A stretch of DNA of 64,000 nt from Phoronis australis. Its lineage: Eukaryota > Animalia > Phoronida. This document shows, piece by piece, positions 63,401-64,000 of the stretch (within the stretch, counting starts at the first letter, position 1; each line of letters begins with the position of its first letter). Below the pieces are notes generated by a model, which was not told the origin of the DNA, ran no database searches, and saw nothing but the letters and a program-made list of their open reading frames with translations. Both the position numbers and the translations under genes were made by a program. The stretch lies in the NCBI GenBank assembly GCA_002633005.1, contig NMRA01000102.1, forward strand, positions 262,623 to 326,622, read 5' to 3'.

Positions 63401-63879
63401 AGAGGACGGTGGATACGAGCAGAAGTGTCGTGTTATTGACATACAAAGGGTCACGCAATGCTTCTTGTACTACACAAAAGCGGCCGAGCATGGTGGCAAA
63501 GCGCCAATGGAATTTGCAATTTCAGAAAAACAACAGGTACGGACAGTTACGATTGAAAACATAATACTCTCAGTGATATCTAAGTTACCGGCTTTCCAAA
63601 CCAGTATTTATCAATTGGGTGTTGCTGCGACTTACCAGCTAAAAGTTTCACAATAGGTAAAGTCCGTTCATGCGGCGGACTCGAGACCAGTTTTTTGAAG
63701 GTAGGCTCGGTTTAGTGTATGATGCATTTCCACACAACACTTAAAACTCGCAAAATACGTCGAATCCATCCGAAAACGGGAACATTGTTTCTTTAATAGG
63801 AAGCTATTTACCAAACCCAATAAAAATCCGTCAAGGAGCTTAGAAGTACGAGGAAAACAAAACAATGAAATTACCACAA

Positions 63880-64000
63880 GGGGCAGAGATTCATTGGAAA
63901 GTCATCGTCGTCCGTTGTTAACTTCACATAAATACACTTACTAAAATTAATCAAGATCCTGCAGTGGGCTTAAGAGATACAGCTATGGGCGCAAAAAACA
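63880..64000 (-). mobile_element. HINE-family satellite fragment running off the window end
   Basis: Reverse complement matches tttttgcgcccat.gctgtatctc...gcaggatctt of 17846-24439. Confidence 0.6.

Overview
Eukaryotic (animal, probably a marine invertebrate; inferred from gene and repeat content only) genomic DNA with GT-AG introns and many transposon remnants. The ORF track is mostly noise, so genes were rebuilt by joining exons by hand. Five protein-coding genes can be supported. (1) The last four coding exons of a glutaminyl-peptide cyclotransferase (QPCT/QPCTL, +, 12288-25818). (2) A complete 5-exon MRPS18A/mL66 (+, 39422-49466, 180 aa). (3) A complete 5-exon RSPH9 (-, 50731-53521, 277 aa), tail-to-tail with MRPS18A as in human. 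(4) An intronless MRPL33 (+, 54104-54298, 64 aa). (5) A 3-exon NUDT22 (+, 54403-60427, about 286 aa) starting only 104 nt after the MRPL33 stop, which suggests a bicistronic or nested transcription unit. Mobile DNA includes a mariner whose transposase contains a 37 x 56-bp satellite, two Kolobok-like elements with THAP remnants, a solo LTR, nested Helentron/HINE-like elements carrying about 30 co-oriented CTCF-like motifs, a pogo fragment, several MITEs and a Penelope-like fragment with a minimal hammerhead ribozyme core.
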